Source of the DNA: an uncultured delta proteobacterium
GTDB lineage: Bacteria > Desulfobacterota > Syntrophorhabdia > Syntrophorhabdales > WCHB1-27
DNA: 64,000 bases
Assembly (NCBI GenBank): GCA_963825005.1
Contig: CAWGRP010000029.1
Location: forward strand, 192,245 to 256,244
Direction: 5' to 3'
The position numbers and the translations under genes are program-made. Shown here piece after piece: positions 56,358 to 64,000 of the stretch. The notes below the pieces were generated by a model. It had not been told where the DNA came from, made no database searches, and saw only the letters and a program-made list of their open reading frames with translations. Position 1 is the stretch's first letter. Each line of letters starts with the position of its first letter.

Positions 56358-56387
56358 TTTATAGCAGAATGAGGGATAGTGTGTCAA
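56358..56387 (-). promoter_or_regulatory. sigma-70-type promoter for the riboswitch and cob operon
   Basis: Minus strand: TTGACA (56387-56382), an 18-nt spacer, then TATAAA (56363-56358). It sits about 10-15 nt upstream of the riboswitch P1 stem. Confidence 0.5.
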
Positions 56388-56444
56388 TCGTCGGTCAGGC
56401 GTAGCATCTCTTGAAAAGGCTTTGTTATCAAGATAGAATGGTTT

Positions 56445-57968
56445 ATGCCCCTCGCTTCGATTCTGGCAAGGTATCAGGAGACAATCGTTGAAGAGTGGAT
56501 TCGACGACTTCATGAGTCAGTGAGCGAGCGATACAACAGCCGCCCTCTCGACGAGCTTTTCGTTACCGTTTCCCGTGCGAATGACGCCAGTTATGCGGTG
56601 CTTGTCAATAACGACTACACGCTCATAGACGACCACATTAAATGGATTACCGGCATCCGTCTCGAAGGCGGCTTCTCCCTTTCGGAAGTCCAGAATGCTT
56701 ACGAGCTGTACCGTGTGGTCCTTGTCCCCATCTTGCTCAAGGAGCTTCGTGGTCAGGCGTTGCTGATCACCATGCAGAAGCTCAATCAGTGTCTCTTTTA
56801 CACCATCACGAGATTCAGTAACTACTTTCAGTCGCTCCATGAGGAGCAAATTCGCATGCAGGCCTCGAACCTGCAAAGGGAGGTGGAGGAAAGGACAAAG
56901 GAACTGGCCGAATCGGAAGGCAAGTACAGGCTTCTGGTCGAGGAGATAAACGACGGCTATTTTGTGAACCAGAATGGCCGTATTGTCTTTGCGAACCAAG
57001 CCTTCTGCGATCTCCACGGTTACACATCCGAGGAAATGTTCGGTAAACCCTATACGGACATTATCGCTCCCGGGTCCCTCGAGTCCGTTCGAAGGCTCTA
57101 CGCAAAAAGAGTGGCGGGTGAGGACTCAAAAGATCTGTATATTTATTTTCGACGCCACAAGAACGGTAATGCCTTGCCGACTGAGAATAAAGTGAAGGGT
57201 GTGTTCTACCAGGGTGAGTACGCAGTGGCCGGCATCTGCAGGGACATTACCGAGCGGGTGCATACAGAGAAGCGCATACGGGAGGCTGAACGTTTCGCCC
57301 ATATCGGCAAGTTGACCACATCATTGGCCCATGAAATCAGGAACCCTCTCTCCTCCGTAAAGATGAACAGCCAGATACTGCTCAAGAACACCGATTTCAG
57401 AGGGAACGATAAGAGGCGTATGGAGATCGTGGTGAACGAGATATCGAGGCTCGAGAGGATCCTCGACGAGATGCTCATTTTTGCCAAACCAGTCACTCTC
57501 CGAACGCAGCGCGCATCCATCACGGAGATCATCGATTCCTGCCTGGAGACCATGGACGTGCGTATCACGGAAAGGCAGATCGAGGTGAGGACTAATCATC
57601 CCCGCCGGCGCCTCCCCAGGCTCCTGCTGGACCGTGAAAAGATGGAACAGGCCATCATCAATATCCTTATCAACTCCATAGACGCCCTCGGCAAAGGCGG
57701 GACGATCGAGATAAGCGCCCGGGTCCTCGGGGAGAGCGCGAAATCCTTGATGGTGGAGATCAGCGACAATGGGCCGGGTATTTCATCCGAAGACCTGCCC
57801 TATGTCTTCGATCCTTTTTTTAGCAGCAAGAAGAAAGGCACGGGCCTCGGTCTGGCAAACGTGAAGAAGATCGTGGAGGCCCACGGGGGCAGCGTGGAGG
57901 TGAGCCCGAGGAAGCCGAGCGGGACCGTTCTCTCTCTTACGTTTCCTACCAAGGAGGAGACAGCGTGA
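56445..57968 (+). CDS. sensor histidine kinase (PAS, HisKA, HATPase; NtrB-like, cytoplasmic)
   Basis: H-box LAHEIRNPLSS. N/G boxes are NILINSIDAL, SDNGPGIS and GTGLGLANV. A PAS domain lies around YFVNQNGRIVFANQAFCDLHGY. Confidence 0.85.
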   Translation: MPLASILARYQETIVEEWIRRLHESVSERYNSRPLDELFVTVSRANDASYAVLVNNDYTLIDDHIKWITGIRLEGGFSLSEVQNAYELYRVVLVPILLKELRGQALLITMQKLNQCLFYTITRFSNYFQSLHEEQIRMQASNLQREVEERTKELAESEGKYRLLVEEINDGYFVNQNGRIVFANQAFCDLHGYTSEEMFGKPYTDIIAPGSLESVRRLYAKRVAGEDSKDLYIYFRRHKNGNALPTENKVKGVFYQGEYAVAGICRDITERVHTEKRIREAERFAHIGKLTTSLAHEIRNPLSSVKMNSQILLKNTDFRGNDKRRMEIVVNEISRLERILDEMLIFAKPVTLRTQRASITEIIDSCLETMDVRITERQIEVRTNHPRRRLPRLLLDREKMEQAIINILINSIDALGKGGTIEISARVLGESAKSLMVEISDNGPGISSEDLPYVFDPFFSSKKKGTGLGLANVKKIVEAHGGSVEVSPRKPSGTVLSLTFPTKEETA

Positions 57969-59335
57969 AGAAGAAGAGCATTCTCATCATAGATGACGAA
58001 CTCTCCCTTCTCGAATCGCTCTACATGTTCCTTTCCGAAAAAGGCTATGACGTGAAAACTGCGGTCAGCGCGTCTGAAGGAATGGAAAAGGCAGAGAGAT
58101 TGAAACCCGATACGATAATCCTCGATATAAGGCTCCCCGATGGAGACGGCCTCGACCTGTTAACGGAACTGAAAAAGAGAACGGCGGAGACGGGAGTCAT
58201 CATGATAACCGCCTTCCATGACATGGATACGACGGTGACGGCCATCAAGCGCGGCGCCACAGAATACATCACCAAGCCGATCGATGTCGACGAGCTGGAA
58301 AAAGCCGTTTCGCGGGCCATGAAAGTCGCGAGTGTTATGAAGGAGGGAAAGGCTTCCCCGGAAATAGGCGCCTCGTATCATAAAGGGAAGATTGTCGGGA
58401 ACAGCAAGGACATGAAAGAGGTCTTCAAGGCCATAGGTGCGCTGTCTGAGAACCGCGTGACGGTTCTCATAGAAGGCGAGACAGGCACGGGGAAAGAGCT
58501 GATCGCCAAGGCGATTCATTATAACAGCCCCTACAAGGACCGCCCATTCCTGACTATAAACTGCTCGGCAATAGTATCCACCTTGCTGGAAAGTGAGCTC
58601 TTTGGTCACGAGAAAGGCTCCTTTACGGGTGCGTTCCGACAGAAGAAAGGGAAATTCGAGCTTGCCGGGGACGGGACCATATTCCTCGACGAGGTGGGCG
58701 AGATACCCCTGGAACTCCAGTCCAAACTGCTGCGGTTCCTGCAGGAGAAGGAATTCGAGCGTGTGGGAGGCGAGAAGGCCTTCTATTCGAACGCCCGGGT
58801 TATTGCGGCAACAAACAGAGACCTCTGGCAGATGGTCAGGCAGAACGCCTTCCGGGAAGACCTTTATTACCGGCTCAGTGTCGCCAGCATAAAGGTACCG
58901 CCTTTGAGGGCAAGAAGGGGGGACATCCCGTTCCTTGTCACCTATCTTCTACGCAAGATCAATGCGGAGCTCCACAGGAACGTAAAGACCGTTGAGGAGA
59001 GACTCCTGCACAAACTGATGGACTACGACTGGCCAGGCAACGTCAGAGAGCTGGAGAACGTCCTTACCAGGGCTGCGATCAACACTCAGGGCGACGTGAT
59101 CTTTGAGGAATTTGTCACTCCTTTGCTCAAAACAAAAGAATCTGAAGAGCCCCATCCCGGCGCTGGTGTTGCCCGGAGCCTTGCCGCGGTGGAGAGGCAG
59201 CATATCATCCAGGTGCTCAACGATACTGAAGGCCACCTGGGAAAGACATGCGAGGTTCTCGGTATCTCCCGCCCTACCCTGCGACAGAAGCTAAAAGAAT
59301 ACTCTATAGCCGATAGACCGCGACAGAATCGATAA
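57965..59335 (+). CDS. sigma-54-dependent response regulator (NtrC family)
   Basis: Receiver (ILIIDDE...IILDIRLPDGDG), AAA+ domain (GETGTGKE; the GAFTGA variant GSFTGA; FLDEVGE), and a C-terminal Fis-type HTH (LGKTCEVLGISRPTLRQKLKEY). GTGA overlap with the kinase gene. Confidence 0.9.
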   Translation: MKKKSILIIDDELSLLESLYMFLSEKGYDVKTAVSASEGMEKAERLKPDTIILDIRLPDGDGLDLLTELKKRTAETGVIMITAFHDMDTTVTAIKRGATEYITKPIDVDELEKAVSRAMKVASVMKEGKASPEIGASYHKGKIVGNSKDMKEVFKAIGALSENRVTVLIEGETGTGKELIAKAIHYNSPYKDRPFLTINCSAIVSTLLESELFGHEKGSFTGAFRQKKGKFELAGDGTIFLDEVGEIPLELQSKLLRFLQEKEFERVGGEKAFYSNARVIAATNRDLWQMVRQNAFREDLYYRLSVASIKVPPLRARRGDIPFLVTYLLRKINAELHRNVKTVEERLLHKLMDYDWPGNVRELENVLTRAAINTQGDVIFEEFVTPLLKTKESEEPHPGAGVARSLAAVERQHIIQVLNDTEGHLGKTCEVLGISRPTLRQKLKEYSIADRPRQNR

Positions 59336-59351
59336 ATTTTCTCGTTGCGAG

Positions 59352-59387
59352 TGAAAAAAATCTTTCATGAAGAGAAAGAAATCTTCA
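59352..59387 (+). promoter_or_regulatory. two adjacent dyads, candidate enhancer (UAS) for the NtrC-like activator
   Basis: TGAAAaaaatcTTTCA (59352-59367) and TGAAGagaaagaaatCTTCA (59368-59387), about 90-120 nt upstream of the -24/-12 promoter. Confidence 0.3.
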
Positions 59388-59472
59388 ATTCAGGATAACG
59401 TAATTCCTTCCTTTTCACGCTCTTTCCGGCGCTTATCCACGTTATAGGCGGGCTCGCCAGGGTATTCGACGC

Positions 59473-59487
59473 TGGCACGTTTATTGC
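59473..59487 (+). promoter_or_regulatory. sigma-54 (-24/-12) promoter
   Basis: TGGCAC-GTTTA-TTGC is an exact match to TGGCAC-N5-TTGC. It lies 46 nt upstream of the binding-protein ATG (59533) and directly downstream of a sigma-54 activator gene. Confidence 0.8.
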
Positions 59488-59532
59488 CAATACAAAAGAA
59501 CAAATCGCTTCACGCAATCAAGGGGGGATTGT

Positions 59533-60792
59533 ATGAGAAGACGTGGCGTTTCTGTATTTCTAGCTCTATGCCTGACCGTCGGTTTTGTTCTCTCTGCCAC
59601 TGCCGCTGAAAAACCAATCATCATTGGGGCGCCGCTGTCAACCGCTTTTCTGTACGGGTGGGATGCGGAGCGCGGCATAAAGCTCGCTGTCGAGGAGATC
59701 AACGCAGCGGGCGGCGTTGCCGTTGGCGGCAAGAAGAGGCCGTTCGCGGTCGAGGTAATCGACACGAGAGATCTCGAACCCCAGGTGCCTGTCAGTGAGG
59801 CTCTGCTGGGCGTCGAAAAACTGATCTTGGAAAAAAAGGCCGATTTTCTTATCGGCGGTCCTGTCCGGTCAGAGGCGGCCCTGGCCGCCATGGACCTCCT
59901 CAACAAGTACAAAAAAGTGAGCATCCTCACCACGGGCGTGCTTACACCTGCCTACACGAAGAAGGTGGAGGATAACTACGCAAAATACAAATACTGCTTC
60001 CGCAACACCAGCCACGTCGGCGTCATGATCGGTGAGTTTACCGCGCTATTCGACGACCTGAAGAAGAAAGAGGGTTTTACCAATGCCTACATCATGGTCC
60101 AGGACGTAGCACATGCGCGTGGCGGCGGTGAGGCCATGAAGAAGACTCTTACCGAACGTGGCTGGACTGTGGGCGACATGAAGGTCTATCCCACCGGGAC
60201 AACCGATTACTCCCAGGGCCTTATTGATGCAGGCAAGAAGAACGCTCAGGTCCTATTTATCTGGATGGATATGCCGGAAAGCGCCATCCTTCTGAAGCAG
60301 TGGAGTGACATGAAATCAAAAGCGCTGCCCATGGGTTTTGTCAACGCAGCGGAGCAGCCCACCTTCTGGAAAGCATCCGGCGGCACAACCGAATACTTGC
60401 TCGTCGACCTCGTCAACGGCGGTAATTCGCCGTCCAAAATCACGCCCTGGACCATGAAATTTGTCAATGCCTACCAGAAGAAATGGGGTCTGGAGCCTGA
60501 AGGCTACGGTACGTCGTCCAGCTACATGGCAGTCTATCAGCTCAAGGCTGCCATAGAGAAAGCAAACAGCATTGACAGCGATGCAGTGGTCAAGGGTCTG
60601 GAAGATATCGATCTCATGGGCGTCTACGGCAGGATGAGGTTCGACAAGAAATCGCATCAGATCATACCGTCGCTCGACCCGAAGGAAGGAGCCGTCACCG
60701 ATATTATCCAGTGGCAGGCCGGGAAACGGGTACAGGTCTTCCCGCCGAAGGTAGCCGACGGCAAGATACTCTACCCACCCTGGGCTAAGTAA
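59533..60792 (+). CDS. ABC transporter periplasmic substrate-binding protein (type I, Leu/Ile/Val-binding family)
   Basis: Signal peptide. Typical family N-terminus IIIGAPLSTAFLYGWDAERGIKLAVEEINAAGGV. It is followed by livHMGF-like genes. Confidence 0.85.
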   Translation: MRRRGVSVFLALCLTVGFVLSATAAEKPIIIGAPLSTAFLYGWDAERGIKLAVEEINAAGGVAVGGKKRPFAVEVIDTRDLEPQVPVSEALLGVEKLILEKKADFLIGGPVRSEAALAAMDLLNKYKKVSILTTGVLTPAYTKKVEDNYAKYKYCFRNTSHVGVMIGEFTALFDDLKKKEGFTNAYIMVQDVAHARGGGEAMKKTLTERGWTVGDMKVYPTGTTDYSQGLIDAGKKNAQVLFIWMDMPESAILLKQWSDMKSKALPMGFVNAAEQPTFWKASGGTTEYLLVDLVNGGNSPSKITPWTMKFVNAYQKKWGLEPEGYGTSSSYMAVYQLKAAIEKANSIDSDAVVKGLEDIDLMGVYGRMRFDKKSHQIIPSLDPKEGAVTDIIQWQAGKRVQVFPPKVADGKILYPPWAK

Positions 60793-60813
60793 GAAGAGAC
60801 GGCGAGCTCAAAA

Positions 60814-61680
60814 ATGGACGTCGTTCTTTACGGCATTATCAATAGTGTCATCCTGTCGCTCTACTCGCTCGGCTTTACGCTCGTGTACAGCATCAGCAGG
60901 CTACCCAATTTCGCCCACGGCGCGCTCTATGTGACCTGCGGCTATCTCGTCTTTGTAATCACGAACAGCTTCGGTCTGCCCTACCCTGTCGCGGTCATCG
61001 TCGGGATTGCTGCAACCGCGGTAATCGGGGCCGTGATCTACCGGTTCATCCTGATCCGCATACGCGGCATGGAGATATCTGAGATCATTGCAACCTACGC
61101 CGTAGGATTGGCCATACTCGAAGGGTTACGGTGGGGAGGGCTCCGGGGCATGACCTTCGTCCTTCCCACGTTCTACCCGGGCTCGGTTATCCTGTACGGC
61201 ATATCGATCGATATCCAGAGGCTCATCATCGTCGCTATCGGCATCATGACATTCGTGGGACTTTACCTCTTCACCCATTTCAGCAGGATCGGCCTGGCGC
61301 TGCGAGGGATCGCCCAGGACGAGCGTGCCGCCATGATGCTGGGCATCGATTCCGACATGACCGCAATCATCTCTCTGGCGATCGGCTCCGGTCTGGCCGG
61401 GTTTGCGTCAGTACTCGTTCTGCCGCTCGGCAACATTGTGGTGGAGGCAGGTTACACGGTGCTGATCTTTGCCATTGCGGTTTGCATTATCGGCGGACTG
61501 GGAAGCTGGGTCGGCGCGATCATCGCGTCATTCATCATCGGGTTTGCACAGATCCTCACGGAGAAGTTTTTATCCAGCCACTTCACGATGCTGGTGGCTG
61601 TGCTGGCCATCATCGTAACGTTGCTTCTGAAGCCGTCAGGGCTTTTCGGCAAGCAGAAAGAATTGGAAGAGCGAGTGTGA
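60814..61680 (+). CDS. branched-chain amino acid-type ABC permease (LivH-like)
   Basis: Polytopic. LivH-family N-terminus (GIINSVILSLYSLGFTLVYSISRLPNFAHG). Confidence 0.85.
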   Translation: MDVVLYGIINSVILSLYSLGFTLVYSISRLPNFAHGALYVTCGYLVFVITNSFGLPYPVAVIVGIAATAVIGAVIYRFILIRIRGMEISEIIATYAVGLAILEGLRWGGLRGMTFVLPTFYPGSVILYGISIDIQRLIIVAIGIMTFVGLYLFTHFSRIGLALRGIAQDERAAMMLGIDSDMTAIISLAIGSGLAGFASVLVLPLGNIVVEAGYTVLIFAIAVCIIGGLGSWVGAIIASFIIGFAQILTEKFLSSHFTMLVAVLAIIVTLLLKPSGLFGKQKELEERV

Positions 61681-61688
61681 CCGTGGAA

Positions 61689-62693
61689 ATGCGCAGGAAA
61701 GAAAGAATCGACCGTGGCATAAAAGTGCGCACAGAGGGCATCTATGCGATCTCGTCATGGCGAGAGATACTCTACCTGGTCGGACCGAGGGCCCTGCTGA
61801 TTCTCGGACTGTTTGCACTGCCGCTCATCCTCGAACTGGCCCCGTACTGGAAGCGCGTGATAAACATCATGTGCGTGTACGCCATGTTGGCACTGGCTTT
61901 CGACTTCCTTGCCAACTACGTTGGACTTGTCTGCCTGGGAGGGGCGTTCTTTATCGGTGTTGGCGGCTATTTCACCGCCATATTCAATGTATACGTCGGC
62001 TTGCCTTTCTATTTGACCATACCGCTGGCCGGCATATGCGGCGCGGTATTCTGCACTGTGCTTCTGTTGCCCTGCCTGCCGCTTCGGGGTGTCTATTTCG
62101 CGATCGTGACGCTAATGTACCCGCTCCTGGCCACACGCGTGGTTGAGGCGTTTGACATCCTGGGCGGCACGAACGGTATCACCGGTGTGGATCCTTTTCC
62201 CAATGCCTACCTGGAGAGCTATGCAATCATTTTTCTCGTTCTCTTCTTTCTTTTCGCCCTGCGCCGCTTCGTTAACCAGGATATCGGCCTGGTGCTGCGG
62301 GGAGTGAAAGACAACGACCAGTCGGTACGCGCATCAGGCATCAACGTGACCTATATGAAAGCGCTGGCGGTTTTTGTCGCCGCCTTCGTCGGCTGCCTGG
62401 GAGGGGCGTATCTCGCGCACCTGTACATGTGGGCCGGGCTGTCACTCTTTGCACTCGATTTCTCCATCATACCCATCGCAGCGGTCGTGATCGGCGGCGG
62501 CGGAACGCTCGTCGGGGCAATCATCGGCACCCTTATCCTTGTCCCTCTTTCAGAGTTTCTCCGCTTCTTCGGGACGTTCCGGATCGTGATCTACTGCGCT
62601 GCCCTGACCGCCTTTATCGTCTTCAAGAGTGAAGGGCTCATGGTATATGCGCAGCGCAAGTATCACCAGTTTGAACGGTGGGCCAAAGTATGA
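61689..62693 (+). CDS. branched-chain amino acid-type ABC permease (LivM-like)
   Basis: The polytopic C-terminal 330 aa of ORF 61131..62693. The N-terminal 185 aa of that ORF overlap livH out of frame and are Arg/His/Pro-rich, which looks like an artefact. Start at ATG 61689 or GTG 61677. Confidence 0.8.
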   Translation: MRRKERIDRGIKVRTEGIYAISSWREILYLVGPRALLILGLFALPLILELAPYWKRVINIMCVYAMLALAFDFLANYVGLVCLGGAFFIGVGGYFTAIFNVYVGLPFYLTIPLAGICGAVFCTVLLLPCLPLRGVYFAIVTLMYPLLATRVVEAFDILGGTNGITGVDPFPNAYLESYAIIFLVLFFLFALRRFVNQDIGLVLRGVKDNDQSVRASGINVTYMKALAVFVAAFVGCLGGAYLAHLYMWAGLSLFALDFSIIPIAAVVIGGGGTLVGAIIGTLILVPLSEFLRFFGTFRIVIYCAALTAFIVFKSEGLMVYAQRKYHQFERWAKV

Positions 62694-63448
62694 AGGACAA
62701 AGCTTTTCTTGCAGTCAACGGCATTACGAAATCCTTTGGCGGAGTCTTCGCCCTGGCAGACGTGAGCTTCAACATCGAGCAGGGGGAGACATTCGGCATC
62801 ATCGGTCCGAATGGCTCGGGGAAGACAACACTCATCAACTGCATCACGGGATTTTCGAAGCCTGACGAAGGCACGGTCTACTTCAAAGAGAAAAATATCA
62901 CGCGATGGCCGCCGCACAAGATCGCGCACATCGGCATCTCGCGCACCTTTCAGATTATGCGGCCCTATTACAGCCTGCCCGCGTTCAAGAACCTGATCAT
63001 TCCGCTCTGGTCGCCGCGGGCGCGAAAGCTCGGCGGCTGGAGAGGCGGAGGTAAGCACGGAGACCGGGACACGTTTGCGGTTGATATCTTAGAGGAGATC
63101 GGATTCGAGCGCGACTCGCGGGTCCCTTATAAACTTGCATCAACGCTGCCCACAGGCTACCAGAAACGACTGGAACTTGCCCGCTGCATTTCCATGCGAC
63201 CGGAGATCATTTTTTGCGACGAAGTCTTCTCAGGCCTCAGCATGAGTGAGATCGCCGGGATGATGCCGCTTATAGAGAAGCTTAAGCTGGAAGGCGTGAC
63301 GCTGATCATGGTAGAGCACCGTTTGCGTGAGCTCTTCCGCGTGGCTGACCGGGTGATGGCGCTCCAGTTCGGCGAAAAGATCGCCGAGGGCACTTCAACG
63401 GAAGTCATCGAGGATGAGCGGGTAAGAGAAGCCTATCTCGGGCAGTGA
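62690..63448 (+). CDS. ABC transporter ATPase (LivG-like)
   Basis: Walker A GPNGSGKTT, signature LPTGYQKRLELARC, Walker B IIFCDEVFSG. ATGA overlap with the permease gene. Confidence 0.85.
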   Translation: MKDKAFLAVNGITKSFGGVFALADVSFNIEQGETFGIIGPNGSGKTTLINCITGFSKPDEGTVYFKEKNITRWPPHKIAHIGISRTFQIMRPYYSLPAFKNLIIPLWSPRARKLGGWRGGGKHGDRDTFAVDILEEIGFERDSRVPYKLASTLPTGYQKRLELARCISMRPEIIFCDEVFSGLSMSEIAGMMPLIEKLKLEGVTLIMVEHRLRELFRVADRVMALQFGEKIAEGTSTEVIEDERVREAYLGQ

Positions 63449-63456
63449 GGAAGTGT

Positions 63457-63584
63457 GACCGATGTATCTTCAAGCGTATACCTTCGTTGCCCGTCGGCCT
63501 GTTCTTACTCGACGTACCACCAGGTACGCCTCCGTAGCCCAAGCCTCGGCGCGCCTCGGTCTCCATCTTGAATCCACATCGGTC
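63457..63584. repeat. structured insertion of about 130 nt between livG-like and livF-like genes
   Basis: GACCGATGTATCTTCAAG (63457-63474) pairs with CTTGAATCCACATCGGTC (63567-63584) at 15 of 18 positions. Inner hairpins CGTCG...CGACG and CGTACCaccagGTACG are enclosed. Confidence 0.35.
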
Positions 63585-63595
63585 TGGAGGGGTTG

Positions 63596-64000
63596 ATGTT
63601 ACAGGCCAGTGAGCTCATGGTCTTCTACGAAAACATGCTCGCCCTGAACAACGTGAGTATCACCGCAGAGAGCGGGCAGATCGTGGGCATCTTCGGTTCC
63701 AATAGCGCCGGTAAGAGCACGCTGATGTACACCCTCTCGGGCATTATCCTTGATATCCGCAAGAAGGAAGAGATGCGGGGCGGAGAGCGCATTTCGCTCT
63801 TCGGCAGCATCATGCTCGACGGCGAGGACATTTCCACGTTGAAGCCGCACGTGCGTGCAAAGCATGGTGTCATCCTCTGCCCGGAGCGGCGCCGGATTTT
63901 TCCCGAAAGCAGTGTAATGGAAAACCTGAAGATTGGTGCTTACCTGTCCACAAAAAAAAAGGAAACGAAAGAGAATCTGGAGTATGTGCTAAACCTTTTC
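63596..64000 (+). CDS. ABC transporter ATPase (LivF-like), 3'-truncated by the window edge
   Basis: Hand translation from ATG 63596 (GGAGG 7 nt upstream): MLQASELMVFYENMLALNNVSITAESGQIVGIFGSNSAGKSTLMYTLSG... It is open to the end of the window and is not in the ORF track. Confidence 0.8.
   Translation, partial: MLQASELMVFYENMLALNNVSITAESGQIVGIFGSNSAGKSTLMYTLSGIILDIRKKEEMRGGERISLFGSIMLDGEDISTLKPHVRAKHGVILCPERRRIFPESSVMENLKIGAYLSTKKKETKENLEYVLNLF

Noticed and set aside
61131-61688. The 185-aa N-terminal extension of the LivM-like ORF (520 aa as listed).
   Set aside because: It overlaps the LivH-like gene out of frame and is Arg/His/Pro/Gly-rich with no hydrophobic segments. A good start (GTG 61677 or ATG 61689) coincides with the livH stop.
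1-64000. CRISPR arrays, tRNA or rRNA genes, integrons, and reverse-transcriptase or defence-island hallmarks.
   Set aside because: I found no regularly spaced direct repeats with unique spacers; the repeats present are 2-4 copies of palindromes. I saw no T-loop/acceptor-like tRNA signatures, no rRNA-like conserved blocks, and no RT, nuclease-helicase or toxin-antitoxin-like ORFs on either strand.

Overview
This is a 64-kb window from a moderately GC-rich bacterium that looks anaerobic. The gene content (anaerobic cbi pathway, sigma-54 regulators, BcrAD-type activase) resembles deltaproteobacterial/Thermodesulfobacteriota-type genomes, but the taxon cannot be proven from this sequence.

Layout:
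- 0.5-3.1 kb, minus strand: a detached TadE/TadE/TadG(vWA) minor-pilin module.
- 3.2-6.0 kb: two adjacent insertion sequences. One is an IS110-family element with long structured non-coding flanks. The other is a decayed IS5/IS1182-like element with 12-bp perfect inverted repeats.
- 6.2-8.1 kb: small accessory genes (Cys-rich zinc-ribbon protein, ICMT-like methyltransferase, a very short type IV pilin-like gene, one hypothetical).
- 8.1-18.8 kb: a complete Tad/Flp pilus locus (flp, cpaA, cpaB, cpaC, lipoprotein, broken tadE/G-like gene, cpaE, cpaF, tadB, tadC, two TPR proteins). The 56-aa Flp pilin is absent from the supplied ORF track.
- 19.2-25.8 kb: a regulatory cluster (HDOD protein, orphan receiver, two convergent CsgD/VpsT-like LuxR proteins, a GAF-4xPAS hybrid histidine kinase).
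- 25.9-31.9 kb: CorC/CNNM transporter, a roughly 1400-aa BcrAD/HgdB-type activase fusion, acylphosphatase.
- 31.9-35.6 kb: ccsA-like gene, hemA, hemC, then marC.
- 35.8-56.4 kb, minus strand: a roughly 20-kb anaerobic cobalamin operon behind a promoter, cobalamin riboswitch and terminator. Order: cobU-cobT-cobS-cobC-cobQ-cbiB-cobD-cbiA-cbiXC-cbiMNQO-cobO-cbiD-cbiET-cbiL-cbiF-cbiGH. It ends with three uncharacterised genes (BPL_N-like, DUF3842-like, CooT-like).
- 56.4-64.0 kb: a sigma-54 two-component pair, a textbook -24/-12 promoter, and a Liv-type ABC transporter.

I saw no rRNA, tRNA or CRISPR array.

Observations that cut across the window:
- At least eight conserved genes are split between reading frames, with nine frame breaks traced by hand. 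These look like single-nucleotide indels, and no nonsense mutations accompany them.
- Two families of short palindromic intergenic repeats are present.
- I could not identify an unmistakably new multi-gene system. The best candidates for follow-up are the IS110 non-coding flanks (a possible bridge RNA) and the CooT/DUF3842/BPL_N trio at the end of the B12 operon.
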